Positions 8,468-18,886 of a stretch of 64,000 nt of DNA are shown here, piece by piece (position 1 is the first letter of the stretch; every line of letters begins with the position of its first letter). The translations under genes and the position numbers were made by a program. The stretch covers positions 14,021 through 78,020 of the forward strand of contig CAYOQI010000005.1 of the NCBI GenBank assembly GCA_964406075.1, given 5' to 3'. Source of the stretch: an uncultured Pseudomonadales bacterium. Lineage in GTDB: Bacteria > Patescibacteriota > Microgenomatia > UBA1400 > PJMF01. The notes under the pieces are model-generated. The model was not told the DNA's origin. It saw nothing but the letters and a program-made list of their open reading frames with translations, and ran no database searches.

Positions 8468-10156
8468 TTATAGCAATAAGAGTAGTCCTAAGGCTGCCAA
8501 GACAAGGATAGTGATAGCTGTTGCTACGATGACAAATGTTGAACCTGTTCCACCAGCTGCAGGTAACTGAGGTTGGTTGGTAGGAGCAGGAGTTGATGTT
8601 GCACCAACACAGGTGCTACTTGTGGGATTACTGGCTAAACGACAGACCGTCTTAGAACCTGTATTGAAACAGATATGATTACTATCGGCACAATCTGAGT
8701 TATAGGTACATGTTTGTTCACATTGAGCAAGCACTTTGGTGGAGTTTAATGTGACATCATCTTGATCGTCTTCACCAGTCACGTTATTTCCTGGAGTGGA
8801 ATCTGGATCAGGTAATGTACTAGTCACAACTTCCGCAATGTTGGTGATACTTGCAGCAGAATCAACACGTGCCGTTATGTATAAGTACACAGTTTCGTTG
8901 AGTGATAATGTTCCAATTGTCCAGATGCCGTTAGAAGAGTTGTATGAACCTTTGGTGGCATTTGCTGAGACAAAAGTAAGTGATGAAGGTAACACATCTT
9001 TGACAGTCACATTTTCTGTTGTATTCGGACCCTTATTTGTCACTTGAATAGTAAAGGTGATGTTCTGACCCACCGTAGGTGTAGTTGTACTAACTGTTTT
9101 TTGTAATTCTAAGTCAGCTCGAGGAGTTGGTGAACTCGTTGGTGTAGGTGTCGGAGTATTTCCACCTGTTCCTGGGGTAGGAGTTGGTGAATTTGTTGGT
9201 GTGGCACCTGGAGTTGGTGTGCTCACTGGGGTTGGGGTAGCAGTACTAATAGGTGTACTAGTCGGGATAGGACTTGGTGTTGATGTTGGAATAGGTGTTG
9301 GTGTATTACCACCAGTTCCTGGTGTGGGAGTAGGAGTATTGGTTGGTACAGGAGTAGGAGTCGGTGAATTAGATGGGGTACTGGTTGGATTAGGTGTTGG
9401 AGTAGATGCTGTACAAATACAGTCCGCTTCACTAGAACAACTCACATTTCGACAGAAGAAACCTGCTCCAGTATCAACACAACGCTGGTTCTGAGCATCA
9501 TCACACTCTTTATCTGATTCACAAGCTTCGTTACAGATTTTTTGCCCAGATTCTTCATCGATGGTTAAATCTACACTACATGAATTAGAAACATCACCAC
9601 CCGCTATACTAGCTGAGTTAGTAATAACAGTTCCAACTGGAGTGTTATCAGCAATTCTGACGCGAAAAACAACTCGAGCTTGACCAGAAGAAGCAACTAA
9701 ATCAGAAAGTGCGCAAGTGAGTGTCCTGTTTGATGTGTTATAAGCATTAGGGCCACAATTGGAATCAACAAACGTCACATAATTAAGATTATTGGGTGAA
9801 AGTACATCAGTGAGTGAAATTGTTACGGGGGTGGAACCAGTATTTGTGACATCAATTGCCCATACTATCGTGTCACCAGCTTTGGCTGTCTGAAGAACTC
9901 TTCTTAAATAATATGTACCGGGAACATTATCAAATTCATCTTGGTAGGTCTTTTTAACACAATTCACATCTGGAGGTGTCCCAATTGTAATGTCTAAAGA
10001 ACAAGTTCCTGATTCCACTACTTGAGCTTGCTCTCTGAGATCTTGAGATCGAGAGTTAAGAATAATTGAAGCAATAATACCAACTCCCAATACAAGTAAT
10101 CCAGTTAAACCTAAAAGAAATGCGGGTTGGTTGGTAATGGGCGTGGTTTTTTTCAT
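8468..10156 (-). CDS. surface protein P4: N-terminal TM, two DUF11-like repeat domains, Cys-rich modules, PT linkers, C-terminal LPAAG + TM anchor
   Basis: Start moved to the [13 protein letters not shown] at 10156, 2 nt after the P5 stop. [11 protein letters not shown] follows the TM. The DUF11-type block is LELQKTVS...[17 protein letters not shown]...NVTVKDVLP...[19 protein letters not shown] occurs twice. The C-terminus is [11 protein letters not shown] plus a hydrophobic tail. Confidence 0.75.
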   Translation of the reverse strand: MKKTTPITNQPAFLLGLTGLLVLGVGIIASIILNSRSQDLREQAQVVESGTCSLDITIGTPPDVNCVKKTYQDEFDNVPGTYYLRRVLQTAKAGDTIVWAIDVTNTGSTPVTISLTDVLSPNNLNYVTFVDSNCGPNAYNTSNRTLTCALSDLVASSGQARVVFRVRIADNTPVGTVITNSASIAGGDVSNSCSVDLTIDEESGQKICNEACESDKECDDAQNQRCVDTGAGFFCRNVSCSSEADCICTASTPTPNPTSTPSNSPTPTPVPTNTPTPTPGTGGNTPTPIPTSTPSPIPTSTPISTATPTPVSTPTPGATPTNSPTPTPGTGGNTPTPTPTSSPTPRADLELQKTVSTTTPTVGQNITFTIQVTNKGPNTTENVTVKDVLPSSLTFVSANATKGSYNSSNGIWTIGTLSLNETVYLYITARVDSAASITNIAEVVTSTLPDPDSTPGNNVTGEDDQDDVTLNSTKVLAQCEQTCTYNSDCADSNHICFNTGSKTVCRLASNPTSSTCVGATSTPAPTNQPQLPAAGGTGSTFVIVATAITILVLAALGLLLLL

Positions 10157-10158
10157 TG

Positions 10159-11778
10159 TTATTCCCAAGCTTGGCAAGTGGATTCATCTGTTCCCGTACA
10201 AGGTCGGCATTGAGCTCTATAGTTACCATTTTCAGAATAGGTGAATGGTGCTGAGACACGAGCTCCGGCAGCGCTAGGATTCAAAGCATTCCAGCTACCA
10301 TTTGGAGTGCGCACTCTGAACTCATATCGGGTTGCTCCAGCTACTTCTCCACAGGTGAATGTGACTGAGTCGTTGATCTGAGGTGCTTGAGTGCTTCCAT
10401 TTAAGTTTGTCATTGAAATAGACACACAGAGTCCAGCTTGTGGCGTAGGAGTTGGAGTAGCTGTGGAACCAGGAATGGTTGCTGTTGGTGTAGGACTTGG
10501 GGTAGAGGTTTGAGTTGGGTAGACACAGAAGTTGTCATAGGCGACACCCCAGTTGGCTTTTGTACCTTGAGGGATGACATCAACGTAAGCAATCGGACTA
10601 CTTCCGATTAAGGTGATTGGATAACTTCTTCCATCAAACTGCATATTACCTGAGGCAGCAGCGACAGTCAGTGTGGTCACTAATTGATTACTGGCATTGT
10701 AGGCATTAATGATTGACCTTTCTCCATTGTCCACATCAACTAAGTCAAAGATGAAATCATTGCGTCTAAATCCACTTGCAATACTAATTCTGACCGGACA
10801 AGAGAAGCTTTGAAGGTCAGAAGAATCAGTCATGAACGGACTTTGAGCTCGATCACCAGGATAGGTTAAGTCTGGGAAACCACCAACTCCAGGAGAGGTT
10901 TCTTGACCTTGAAAGGCAGTTCGAGGAGCACCAGCTAAAGCAATACGAGGACCAGAGGTAGCAGCACAAGCATCACGAGTTTCTTGGGTAGCAGCAAGCT
11001 GAGGTTGAAGAGAGAAACTTAAACCAGTCGTTGCTTGATATTGAGTATTTAACAGTAAGTTATCAGCAGGAGCAGAACCATCATCTAATCGGCTTAAATC
11101 GATACGTGAACCGGTACACACCACTGGAGTAGGAGTAGGAACATTGGTCGGTGTATTGACAGGAGTATTCGTTGGCCTTGGAGTTGGAGTGTTTCCTCCA
11201 CCCGTCCCAGGGGTTGGTGTAGCAGTAGCCTGAGCAATAGTTGTAGGAGTAGGGGTTGGTGTGTTTCCACCACCTACAGGACAACATGCAAATCCACCAG
11301 TTTCACTACATTCTTGTTGATTCCCTCGAAGTTGATACCCACTGGAACAATCAAATCCTGGTTCAGCACAAATCCCACCAGTACACAGAGGTTGAGTATC
11401 TTGAATATCACAAGCACAGCGACTGGGTTCAGCGTCAAGGACACACAATCCATCCTGATTTCCTACACTACATCCACTTCCAACATTCTGACCTAAACAG
11501 ACTGAATCCGAACCATTTCCACAAACAATAGGATATACCTGTGCTTGTTGACGTAAGTCTTGATTCTCACGAGCAAGGAACATTGCACTAGCTACTCCCA
11601 CTGCAAGTAAAGTGAACACTAAGGCGCCAATGATGGTATTAGGCGAAAAAGAAGATTTTTTCTTGTTGTGTGAGTTATGGTTTGAGTGAGAAGAAGCGTT
11701 ATCAGAACCAAAGCGTTGTTCTAATTCAGCTAAAATATCGTCTAATGATTTGTTTGCTGGAGATGAGTGGTTTGGCAT
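10159..11778 (-). CDS. surface protein P5: paralog of P3 (N-tail, TM, 14-Cys module, identical core domain, CQAWE domain)
   Basis: 539 aa. N-tail [22 protein letters not shown], then the same Cys spacing as P3. The core domain is identical to P3. It ends ...RYEFR...AQCRPCTG...CQAWE. Confidence 0.8.
   Translation of the reverse strand: MPNHSSPANKSLDDILAELEQRFGSDNASSHSNHNSHNKKKSSFSPNTIIGALVFTLLAVGVASAMFLARENQDLRQQAQVYPIVCGNGSDSVCLGQNVGSGCSVGNQDGLCVLDAEPSRCACDIQDTQPLCTGGICAEPGFDCSSGYQLRGNQQECSETGGFACCPVGGGNTPTPTPTTIAQATATPTPGTGGGNTPTPRPTNTPVNTPTNVPTPTPVVCTGSRIDLSRLDDGSAPADNLLLNTQYQATTGLSFSLQPQLAATQETRDACAATSGPRIALAGAPRTAFQGQETSPGVGGFPDLTYPGDRAQSPFMTDSSDLQSFSCPVRISIASGFRRNDFIFDLVDVDNGERSIINAYNASNQLVTTLTVAAASGNMQFDGRSYPITLIGSSPIAYVDVIPQGTKANWGVAYDNFCVYPTQTSTPSPTPTATIPGSTATPTPTPQAGLCVSISMTNLNGSTQAPQINDSVTFTCGEVAGATRYEFRVRTPNGSWNALNPSAAGARVSAPFTYSENGNYRAQCRPCTGTDESTCQAWE
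10517..11106 (-). repeat. 590-bp perfect repeat, copy B (inside P5)
   Basis: Identical to 7175-7764. Confidence 0.85.
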
Positions 11779-11827
11779 GATGTTGTGTATGAACGTTATT
11801 AAAATCTGAAAAAATACTCGTGCATTA

Positions 11828-11857
11828 AGAATACTCAGTCTTGTATCCTCGCGTCAA
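11828..11857 (-). promoter_or_regulatory. candidate sigma70-type promoter for the surface-protein operon
   Basis: The minus strand reads TTGACG - 18 nt - TATTCT, about 50 nt upstream of the P5 ATG. Found by eye only. Confidence 0.3.
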
Positions 11858-11956
11858 TAGGTGAGTGAGGGAAAATATGAGAGATTTAAAGAAGTTGTAA
11901 GAATATGCTTCATATTTAAAAATGTTGCTTATCTTAAAACAAGCTGAAATGGTAAG

Positions 11957-12790
11957 ATGCAAACCTCATCTATGATGAAAACAATTTCGCACTCTTTTTT
12001 AAAAAAACAGTATTGGGATTTCCTTTTTGCCATGACGGAAAAAGAAATCAAAGCCAGATATAAATTCGCAATTCTTGGGTTTCTCTGGGTTATTTTGAAC
12101 CCTCTACTTCAGATGCTGGTGATCGGTTTCATTTTCCAATTCTTCGTTCCGGTCAAAGTTGACAACTATTTTTTATTCCTTTTTGCTGGTTTACTACCGT
12201 GGAATTTTTTCTCCATGACGGTTCAGAAAGCTACTCCTTCTATCGTTTTTGAGCGAGGACTGATTCAAAAAGCAAAATTTCCTCGAGAGGCAATCGTATT
12301 GTCAATAGTTTTATCAAATTTGTTTCATTTTTTAATTGCACTCAGTTTACTGATACTGGCATTAGTGATAGATAAAATTGTTTTTGATCATTATGGAATA
12401 AGTCAATCCATTTCTTATATATTCCGAATGTTATGGCTTTTGCCTTTACTTTTCTCTTTGACTTTACTGACTTCGGGATTCTCACTTATTTGTTCAGCAC
12501 TCAATGTGAAGTATCGTGATGTGAACTTTATTACTCAAGCCATTTTGCCTTTATGGTTCTATGCTACTCCCCTCGTGTACACACTCACTCTTCTTCCTGA
12601 ACGATTTCGAATTTTCTATTTGCTCAATCCCATGGCTGGAATCATTGAACTTTTTCATCTAGTTTTATTAAACTTACCACTCACTTCAGTATATTTAGCT
12701 GTAGTAAGTTTGGCTATGAGCATAGTAACTTTTTTGATTGGGTGGATACTTTTCCAAAAAGAAAGTAAATTTTTTGATGACTGGATTTAG
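11957..12790 (+). CDS. wzm: ABC-2 type polysaccharide/teichoic-acid exporter permease (Wzm/TagG-like)
   Basis: 277-aa multi-TM protein. The N-terminal block KEIKARYKFAILGFLWVILNPLLQMLV is characteristic of the ABC-2 permease family, and the gene is followed by its cognate ATPase. Confidence 0.8.
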   Translation: MQTSSMMKTISHSFLKKQYWDFLFAMTEKEIKARYKFAILGFLWVILNPLLQMLVIGFIFQFFVPVKVDNYFLFLFAGLLPWNFFSMTVQKATPSIVFERGLIQKAKFPREAIVLSIVLSNLFHFLIALSLLILALVIDKIVFDHYGISQSISYIFRMLWLLPLLFSLTLLTSGFSLICSALNVKYRDVNFITQAILPLWFYATPLVYTLTLLPERFRIFYLLNPMAGIIELFHLVLLNLPLTSVYLAVVSLAMSIVTFLIGWILFQKESKFFDDWI

Positions 12791-12837
12791 GTCAGTTATC
12801 GGAGATCAGTTGTCACTTAACAGAAAATTTCAACATT

Positions 12838-13557
12838 ATGAAAAAGAAAAAAGAAATTGCTATTGAGCTAAAAAATGTCTCGAAGCATTACATCTTGCAT
12901 CATGAGAAGCCGACGTTTAGTGAACGATTAGTGCATCGAACGAAAAAGGAAGTCTTTACAGCCTTGGATGATATTTCTTTAACGATTTATAAAGGAGAGA
13001 AGGTAGGGATTATTGGTCGTAATGGAGCAGGGAAAACGACATTATTGAAAATAATTGCAGGTATTACCACCTCTAATTCAGGCAGTCTAAAAACCAATGG
13101 GAAAATCGTCTCTTTAATTGATTTAGAGGCAGGTTTTCATCCAGATTTATCTGGAGAGGAAAATATTTTTTTGAACGGAATGGTGATTGGAATGACGAAA
13201 AAAGAAATTAAACAAAAATTTCAAAAAATTGTAGCATTTGCTGATATTGGTCAATTTATTGATGCACCTTTATATACATACTCAGCTGGAATGAAATTAC
13301 GGTTAGGGTTTTCAATAGCTGTTCATGCAGATCCAGACATTCTGATTTTAGATGAAGGTATTACAGCAGGTGATCAAGATTTTCAGGAAAAATCCATGAA
13401 AAAAATAAATGAATTTTTTAAAGCAGGCAAAACAATATTAGTTGTAACTCATTGGATAGAGTTTTTGGAAAAGAATGTGGAAAGAATAATTTGGGTTGAT
13501 GAGCATAGGGTCAAAAAAGATGGAAATATAAAAATTATACGATCCTATCTTCAATGA
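12838..13557 (+). CDS. wzt: ABC polysaccharide exporter ATP-binding protein (Wzt/TagH-like)
   Basis: Walker A GRNGAGKTTLLK, signature YSAGMKLRLGF, Walker B ILILDE. Confidence 0.85.
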   Translation: MKKKKEIAIELKNVSKHYILHHEKPTFSERLVHRTKKEVFTALDDISLTIYKGEKVGIIGRNGAGKTTLLKIIAGITTSNSGSLKTNGKIVSLIDLEAGFHPDLSGEENIFLNGMVIGMTKKEIKQKFQKIVAFADIGQFIDAPLYTYSAGMKLRLGFSIAVHADPDILILDEGITAGDQDFQEKSMKKINEFFKAGKTILVVTHWIEFLEKNVERIIWVDEHRVKKDGNIKIIRSYLQ

Positions 13558-14498
13558 TTTCCATTTCGATAGTAATTATTTCTAAAAATAGATTTGCTGA
13601 AGCAAAAAAATGTTTGGAATCCATACTTAGACAAGAACCTTTGCCCAACGAACTTCTTTTCATAGAAGACATAGAAAATAACAAATTTTTTTCACAGGAA
13701 GAATTGGTGAACTTATTTAAATTAGTCACAACGAAAGTAAGATATTATTCTGTAAATAAAAAAAACTCCTCATATTCAAGAAATTTAGGTTTAAAGAATG
13801 CTAAAAGTGATGTCATTTTATTTGTTGATGACGATGTCATTTTAGACTCTTCCTATATTAAGAATTTATTAAAGCTTTACAAAAACAAAGGTACGGCTTT
13901 AGGGTTTGTCGGGAAAATACTCCCTCAAAATAAAAATATATTTGGCCAATTTTCATCCGAATTTTTTATGCAAGAAATCCAATCAAAAGATAAAGAGCAA
14001 AAAATAATAACCTATCCTTCAGCTGCATTTTCTATTTTAAGAAAAAAAATTATTAAAAAATCAATTTACTTTAGGGAAGACTTTTCATATTGTGAAGATA
14101 TCGACTTTTTTTTAAATCTTTATAAAAATAAATGCACCATTTATTTTTCGCCATCACTTTTAGTAAACCATAAATTTAGAACATCTATTAGTGGATTCCT
14201 CTTAACATATTTTAAATACGCACAATATTATCTTCTCTTACAGAAGTATCATAAAGAAAATTTCAATTTCACTTATTTTTTTCCAAGCAGAAAATTCCAT
14301 TTAGTATTTTTCCCACTTTTCTTATTGAATTTATTTAGAAGTTTAATGTCAGATTTTTGGATAAAAACAAAAAAAACAGAAATGATCTATATATTTCCTT
14401 TGATTCTCTATGCATTGGCAACTATTTGTGGAGTATATTCTTCAAAAGAAGGCAAAAACTTTTTTAAAAAAAAATTACATATAATATTTACTCAATAG
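13554..14498 (+). CDS. glycosyltransferase family 2 (GT-A)
   Basis: ISIVIISKNR...CLESILRQ and the DxD-type LFVDDDV. ATGA overlap with wzt. Confidence 0.7.
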   Translation: MISISIVIISKNRFAEAKKCLESILRQEPLPNELLFIEDIENNKFFSQEELVNLFKLVTTKVRYYSVNKKNSSYSRNLGLKNAKSDVILFVDDDVILDSSYIKNLLKLYKNKGTALGFVGKILPQNKNIFGQFSSEFFMQEIQSKDKEQKIITYPSAAFSILRKKIIKKSIYFREDFSYCEDIDFFLNLYKNKCTIYFSPSLLVNHKFRTSISGFLLTYFKYAQYYLLLQKYHKENFNFTYFFPSRKFHLVFFPLFLLNLFRSLMSDFWIKTKKTEMIYIFPLILYALATICGVYSSKEGKNFFKKKLHIIFTQ

Positions 14499-15273
14499 AA
14501 AAATCATTAACTTTAATTTTCCATTTTTTTTCAAACTTTTTTTTATCTTTTAAAACATTAGTTTTAAATTCTTTTTTAACTACTTTTGAATAACTTTTCC
14601 GTCCATAATGAAAAACATAACAACCAAAAATTTCAACAATGGCTTCAAGGTTATATTTTCTAGCATAATCAAGTAACCTCATCTGATAATCATCATCTCC
14701 AAACCAGATCGAAAAACTCTCATCAAACAGTCCAACCTTTTCAACAGTTTTTTCGGGAAGAAAAAAACAGAAACCTTTCATCCATTGAGTAGGTGTTAAT
14801 TTTATTTGTAATGTTTTAGTCATCCAGGTAAAATTTTCATCAATATTTTCTATCCTTGCGCCTTTCCAAGCCGCAGTAGGGACATAACAAAGATGACCTT
14901 TTTGTTTTAATGCGGATAAGATTTCAATAAAATTTAGTGGAATTAGTATGTCGTCGTTCAAAATCAAATAGTCTGACTTTTTTGATTGCTTGATACCTTT
15001 ATTCCAAGCTTGATAAATATTGCCTTCGAAATTAGCAATGATTTTTACGTTTGTTGATGGTAAACGCACATAATCAACAATCATTTTTGCAGATTGTTCT
15101 TTAGAAGAGTCAATAATTGTTATGTTTTTTATCCTTTTTGTTTGCTGCTGAAGTAAAAGTAAAATTGTTGTTAATCCGATGGTATTTGAGTAGTAAGGAA
15201 TAACTACACTGATATTGGTAGGTAAAAAGTGGCTTTTTTTAAAGCTGAAAATTTTTTTTATTGTTAAAAACAT
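14488..15273 (-). CDS. glycosyltransferase family 2 (GT-A)
   Basis: ISVVIPYYSN ... QQQT ... YLILNDDIL. Its 3' end overlaps the convergent gene by 11 nt. Confidence 0.65.
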   Translation of the reverse strand: MFLTIKKIFSFKKSHFLPTNISVVIPYYSNTIGLTTILLLLQQQTKRIKNITIIDSSKEQSAKMIVDYVRLPSTNVKIIANFEGNIYQAWNKGIKQSKKSDYLILNDDILIPLNFIEILSALKQKGHLCYVPTAAWKGARIENIDENFTWMTKTLQIKLTPTQWMKGFCFFLPEKTVEKVGLFDESFSIWFGDDDYQMRLLDYARKYNLEAIVEIFGCYVFHYGRKSYSKVVKKEFKTNVLKDKKKFEKKWKIKVNDFSIE

Positions 15274-16526
15274 TAGTGGATTAGATTAAAATACAACTTT
15301 TTATAATTACTAATATTTTGTTTATAACTAAATTGAGTTTTTATTTTTTTCTTAGCCGTACTAGAAATAGTATGAAGTTTCTTCTTATTAAGATCGATAA
15401 TATTTAATATTTTTTGTACTAATTCATTTTCTTTAAATAAAATCCCATCTTGGCCTTGTTCGATGATCTCATCTGCTCCTTCACCTTGTGAACTAATCAA
15501 AATATATCCTAAGGCCATGAACTCGATATTCACAAAACCAAACGGTTCATGACGAGAAGGTACTATAGCTACACCTTTTATTTTTTTTAAGAGCTCTATC
15601 AAACTGTTTTTATCATCTATCTGTGGAAAAAAATAAATCCTTTTTTTCACATTTTTAAGAATTTTTAAGTTTGAGTACCAGTCCATAAAATTAATATATT
15701 CATTTTTAATGAAAACTTGATGTTTTGAGTCTCCGATTAGATATAAATTCAGAAATTTATTATTTTGGGCTAACTTAATGAAAGATTTGATAAGAAGATC
15801 TATTCCTTTCCGATGTTCAAACCTTCCAATAAACACAATATTATTTGTGTTCACTTTAATTTGGTTTTCATATAGATCTGGGTAAATAAAATTGTAAATA
15901 ACTGTTGTTTTTGTTGTATATTCTGGAAATTTTTTCAGAATATTTCGAGAAATTTTTTTGGAACAAGGTACAAAATAATCGGCTTTTTTTAAAAATGTGT
16001 TTTCTAGCCATTTTTGAATACGCAGGTCAAAAGTAGATTTGTAGAATTTTCCACTCAATTCTTGAAAACTTTGTATGTGAATAATTAGAGGTATTTTTTG
16101 CCAAATAATTTTGATAAGTAAACTTGGTGATAAATAACTTACAGAATGAATAATATTAAATTGATATTGTTCATGAAGTTGTTTGAAGCTTAAAAAAGAA
16201 AAAAAATTCCATTCTAAAATTAATAATGTTAAGGGGAATAAATTCTTAAGGTAATTTCGAACTAAACTAAAAGGAAATCGATAGTAAAAAAAGTTGATCA
16301 ATTTAGAGGAAGTCTTAAAGGGGACGTAGTGGATATATAAATTTTTCTCTGGATTTTTAGTTTTTAGAACATCTCCAACATTATCATAAGTAATAACATG
16401 AACTTCATGACCGATCTCATTTAAGAGTAAAGAAAGATTTTCGTTAAATGTTGCAATTCCACCCCAATTTGTGAGAGGGGGGTACTCAGGGGAGATAATG
16501 GCTATGACGAGTTTCTTTTCTTTCAT
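15273..16526 (-). CDS. glycosyltransferase family 4 (GT-B, group 1)
   Basis: N-terminal VIAIISPEYPPLTNWGGIATF and C-terminal VPSRHEPFGFVNIEFMALG (the E-x7-E type region). Confidence 0.75.
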   Translation of the reverse strand: MKEKKLVIAIISPEYPPLTNWGGIATFNENLSLLLNEIGHEVHVITYDNVGDVLKTKNPEKNLYIHYVPFKTSSKLINFFYYRFPFSLVRNYLKNLFPLTLLILEWNFFSFLSFKQLHEQYQFNIIHSVSYLSPSLLIKIIWQKIPLIIHIQSFQELSGKFYKSTFDLRIQKWLENTFLKKADYFVPCSKKISRNILKKFPEYTTKTTVIYNFIYPDLYENQIKVNTNNIVFIGRFEHRKGIDLLIKSFIKLAQNNKFLNLYLIGDSKHQVFIKNEYINFMDWYSNLKILKNVKKRIYFFPQIDDKNSLIELLKKIKGVAIVPSRHEPFGFVNIEFMALGYILISSQGEGADEIIEQGQDGILFKENELVQKILNIIDLNKKKLHTISSTAKKKIKTQFSYKQNISNYKKLYFNLIH

Positions 16527-17718
16527 TGTTGAATATAATCTTTAAGATTGATGATACTTTCTTTTCCCAGATATTTTCTTCAGCCAGTTTTCGTTGTTGC
16601 TGTTTATACCTTTCAGACCAAGGTTTAGCAAGCGATTCCTTGATCTGTTTTTCCCATTCTTGAGCCGTTGAGCCAATTTTGACATATCGAGGGAATCTCT
16701 TCAGTTCTTCAATTGGAGTAGAAATCACTGGTTTTCCGATATAAAAGTATTCAAATAATTTCATTGGATAACAGTAGGTATTAAATTGAAAACGTATATC
16801 GTATGGGATGATTCCAATATCAAGTGCTTTGATATACGGAATTAAGTTCCGTCTAGCAAGTTTAGGAATCCAAAAAATATTCTTATATCTTTTTAATTCT
16901 TCAATCATTTTTTCTGTATCACACATACTGTCTTCGGGATCACAGGGGAGATATGTATCTGAAATGAGGAAGAGGTGATTTGGATGTTGAGCAATCAACT
17001 TATTAAGTAGCTCGTAGTCAATTCGGTATGTTAAATTGCCAACAAAGCCGATCTTTTTCCTTCTGTCCTTTTTAAGGACATCTGGTAATAAATCAAATTC
17101 TGAACGTAAAAAGGTTTCTTCATCAAATCCTTGGGGAACTAAGTGTGTGTTTTTATTTAATTTATTACAAAAAGAATACAGAACGTGTGAGTTAGCGCAC
17201 ACAACATTTGACTGTTTTAAACTTTCATGAAATGCATCTTCGATTTCAATTTTTTTTTCAGGAATGATACTGGTGTAGTAGTCCACACAGTCAAAAAGTG
17301 TTGTAATTTTAAGTTCGTTGATTTCTTTTAACAAATCAATGTTGAATGGATCAAAATTCCAAAATATATCAGCACTTTGGTAGGAAATAAAATGCTTCAA
17401 AATAAATAGTGAAAATCTTCTGTTTATTTCCATCATACCTGGTAAGAAGTTTAAAAAGGTGGGAATAAGCACAGGAGTCTTGAAGACTTTCAGATTATTA
17501 GTATCAAAATCTGCTGAAATATCTAAATGAAGATGATGTCTTTTCCAAAAAAAATTGAATAAGAAGATAGGAAACCAAATAAAATGTTGACGTAAGAGAA
17601 CGGTAACTTTAATGGACCGTTTTTGTAGCTCTTTAACTGTTTGAAAAATGAAATCACATTTTAAATCTAGGTCTTGGTGATGATATGGGATGATTACACT
17701 TTGTATATTATTGATCAT
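16486..17718 (-). CDS. probable GT-B glycosyltransferase (group 1 / TuaH-like)
   Basis: IGFVGNLTYRIDYELL ... MKLFEYFYIGKPVIST resembles the C-terminal half of GT1-family enzymes. The N-terminal half is unrecognised. Confidence 0.5.
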   Translation of the reverse strand: MINNIQSVIIPYHHQDLDLKCDFIFQTVKELQKRSIKVTVLLRQHFIWFPIFLFNFFWKRHHLHLDISADFDTNNLKVFKTPVLIPTFLNFLPGMMEINRRFSLFILKHFISYQSADIFWNFDPFNIDLLKEINELKITTLFDCVDYYTSIIPEKKIEIEDAFHESLKQSNVVCANSHVLYSFCNKLNKNTHLVPQGFDEETFLRSEFDLLPDVLKKDRRKKIGFVGNLTYRIDYELLNKLIAQHPNHLFLISDTYLPCDPEDSMCDTEKMIEELKRYKNIFWIPKLARRNLIPYIKALDIGIIPYDIRFQFNTYCYPMKLFEYFYIGKPVISTPIEELKRFPRYVKIGSTAQEWEKQIKESLAKPWSERYKQQQRKLAEENIWEKKVSSILKIIFNNERKETRHSHYLP

Positions 17719-18122
17719 TGAAAGAGATTAGCTATTTTATTGAGGTTATTCTCCCGAAATATTTTTCTTGTATTTTCGGAAATGGTAGTTGTCGCTACGA
17801 ATGTCCAAAGTATATTTTCATAGTTATTAGAATCTAAGACGATTTTCATGGGCGGAATATCTAACTTTATATTTGATAAATTCAGTAATGGCCGACCAAT
17901 TTTTATTGTAGTGCAAACTTTATATTGGAAGTGATTTTCCAGATAGTTTGTAAAAAATGAAAGCAGTTTTTTTTCTTTATTTGACATATAAACTACTCTT
18001 GTAAGTTTGAAATGTATCTGAAGAATTTGAAGAAAATAGTAGCCATACCCAATGATTGGAATGGAAGGTATAGAAGAGTATCTAATCTGACAAGTTGTAG
18101 CATTCATTTGAAGCATGATCAT
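17715..18122 (-). CDS. hypothetical protein
   Basis: 135-aa ORF with ATGA overlaps at both ends, suggesting translational coupling inside the GT operon. No motif recognised. Confidence 0.4.
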   Translation of the reverse strand: MIMLQMNATTCQIRYSSIPSIPIIGYGYYFLQILQIHFKLTRVVYMSNKEKKLLSFFTNYLENHFQYKVCTTIKIGRPLLNLSNIKLDIPPMKIVLDSNNYENILWTFVATTTISENTRKIFRENNLNKIANLFQ

Positions 18123-18886
18123 TTAAGTGGTTTCATTTTTAATATGGTAACTTCATCACTTAACATTTCATAAAGATGAAGCTTACTATCACTGTTTGGA
18201 TTATGTCGGTTATATGCTGAAAGGGGGGTGGAAATAACTTCATACCTTCCGTCGGCTTTTTCAAGCAGTGGCAAAAAAATAGCTTGATCTTCACAGAATT
18301 GTACCCAATTTCCATCTGATCTCAGAAAATATTTTTTTGGAATGTTTTTAAATTCACGAGCTTTCCAAGTTCTGAGATGCAGTGGGCGGAAACCTTCTTT
18401 TCGATAACTGCTCAAATTCTCTACCTTATCAGGGTATCGTTGATTAATAGTTGGAATAACTTCTGAACCTTTTTTGTTATGAAAAGCTTCTCCGGGAGCA
18501 TGGTATACACAATTCCCATATGTGAGTAGACAATGGTGCACTTCATAAGTTTTATCAACGACGTCAATTACGTCATCTCGAATAAGCCAATCATCCCCAT
18601 CAAGATTAATAATTATCGCTTCATCATTGTCTACATGCTCATGAATCATCTCGTAAGCATTTCTTAGAGAAAATTTTTGTTCTTGATTAAATTGGACAAT
18701 ATGCCCTTTGAGCCTTTGTTTGATGTAATTTTGTTGAGCTCGGGTATACTCTGAAGCATCATCGACAAATAAGACTTTATAGTTTTGTCGCGATTGCCTT
18801 TGTAGTGAATCGAGGCATTTTCCTAGATAAGGAAATGCATTGTGAGATCGAATTAAAAAATAAAAAGAAATTTTTGGTTTTGACAT
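18119..18886 (-). CDS. glycosyltransferase family 2-like (GT-A)
   Basis: ISFYFLIRSHN ... LDSLQRQ ... VLFVDDAS ... NLDGDDWL. Confidence 0.65.
   Translation of the reverse strand: MSKPKISFYFLIRSHNAFPYLGKCLDSLQRQSRQNYKVLFVDDASEYTRAQQNYIKQRLKGHIVQFNQEQKFSLRNAYEMIHEHVDNDEAIIINLDGDDWLIRDDVIDVVDKTYEVHHCLLTYGNCVYHAPGEAFHNKKGSEVIPTINQRYPDKVENLSSYRKEGFRPLHLRTWKAREFKNIPKKYFLRSDGNWVQFCEDQAIFLPLLEKADGRYEVISTPLSAYNRHNPNSDSKLHLYEMLSDEVTILKMKPLK

Noticed and set aside
6829-11778. A diversity-generating retroelement (template/variable repeat pair) as the explanation for the repeated segments in P3/P5.
   Set aside because: The two copies are identical rather than differing at adenine positions. No reverse transcriptase or accessory gene is in the window.
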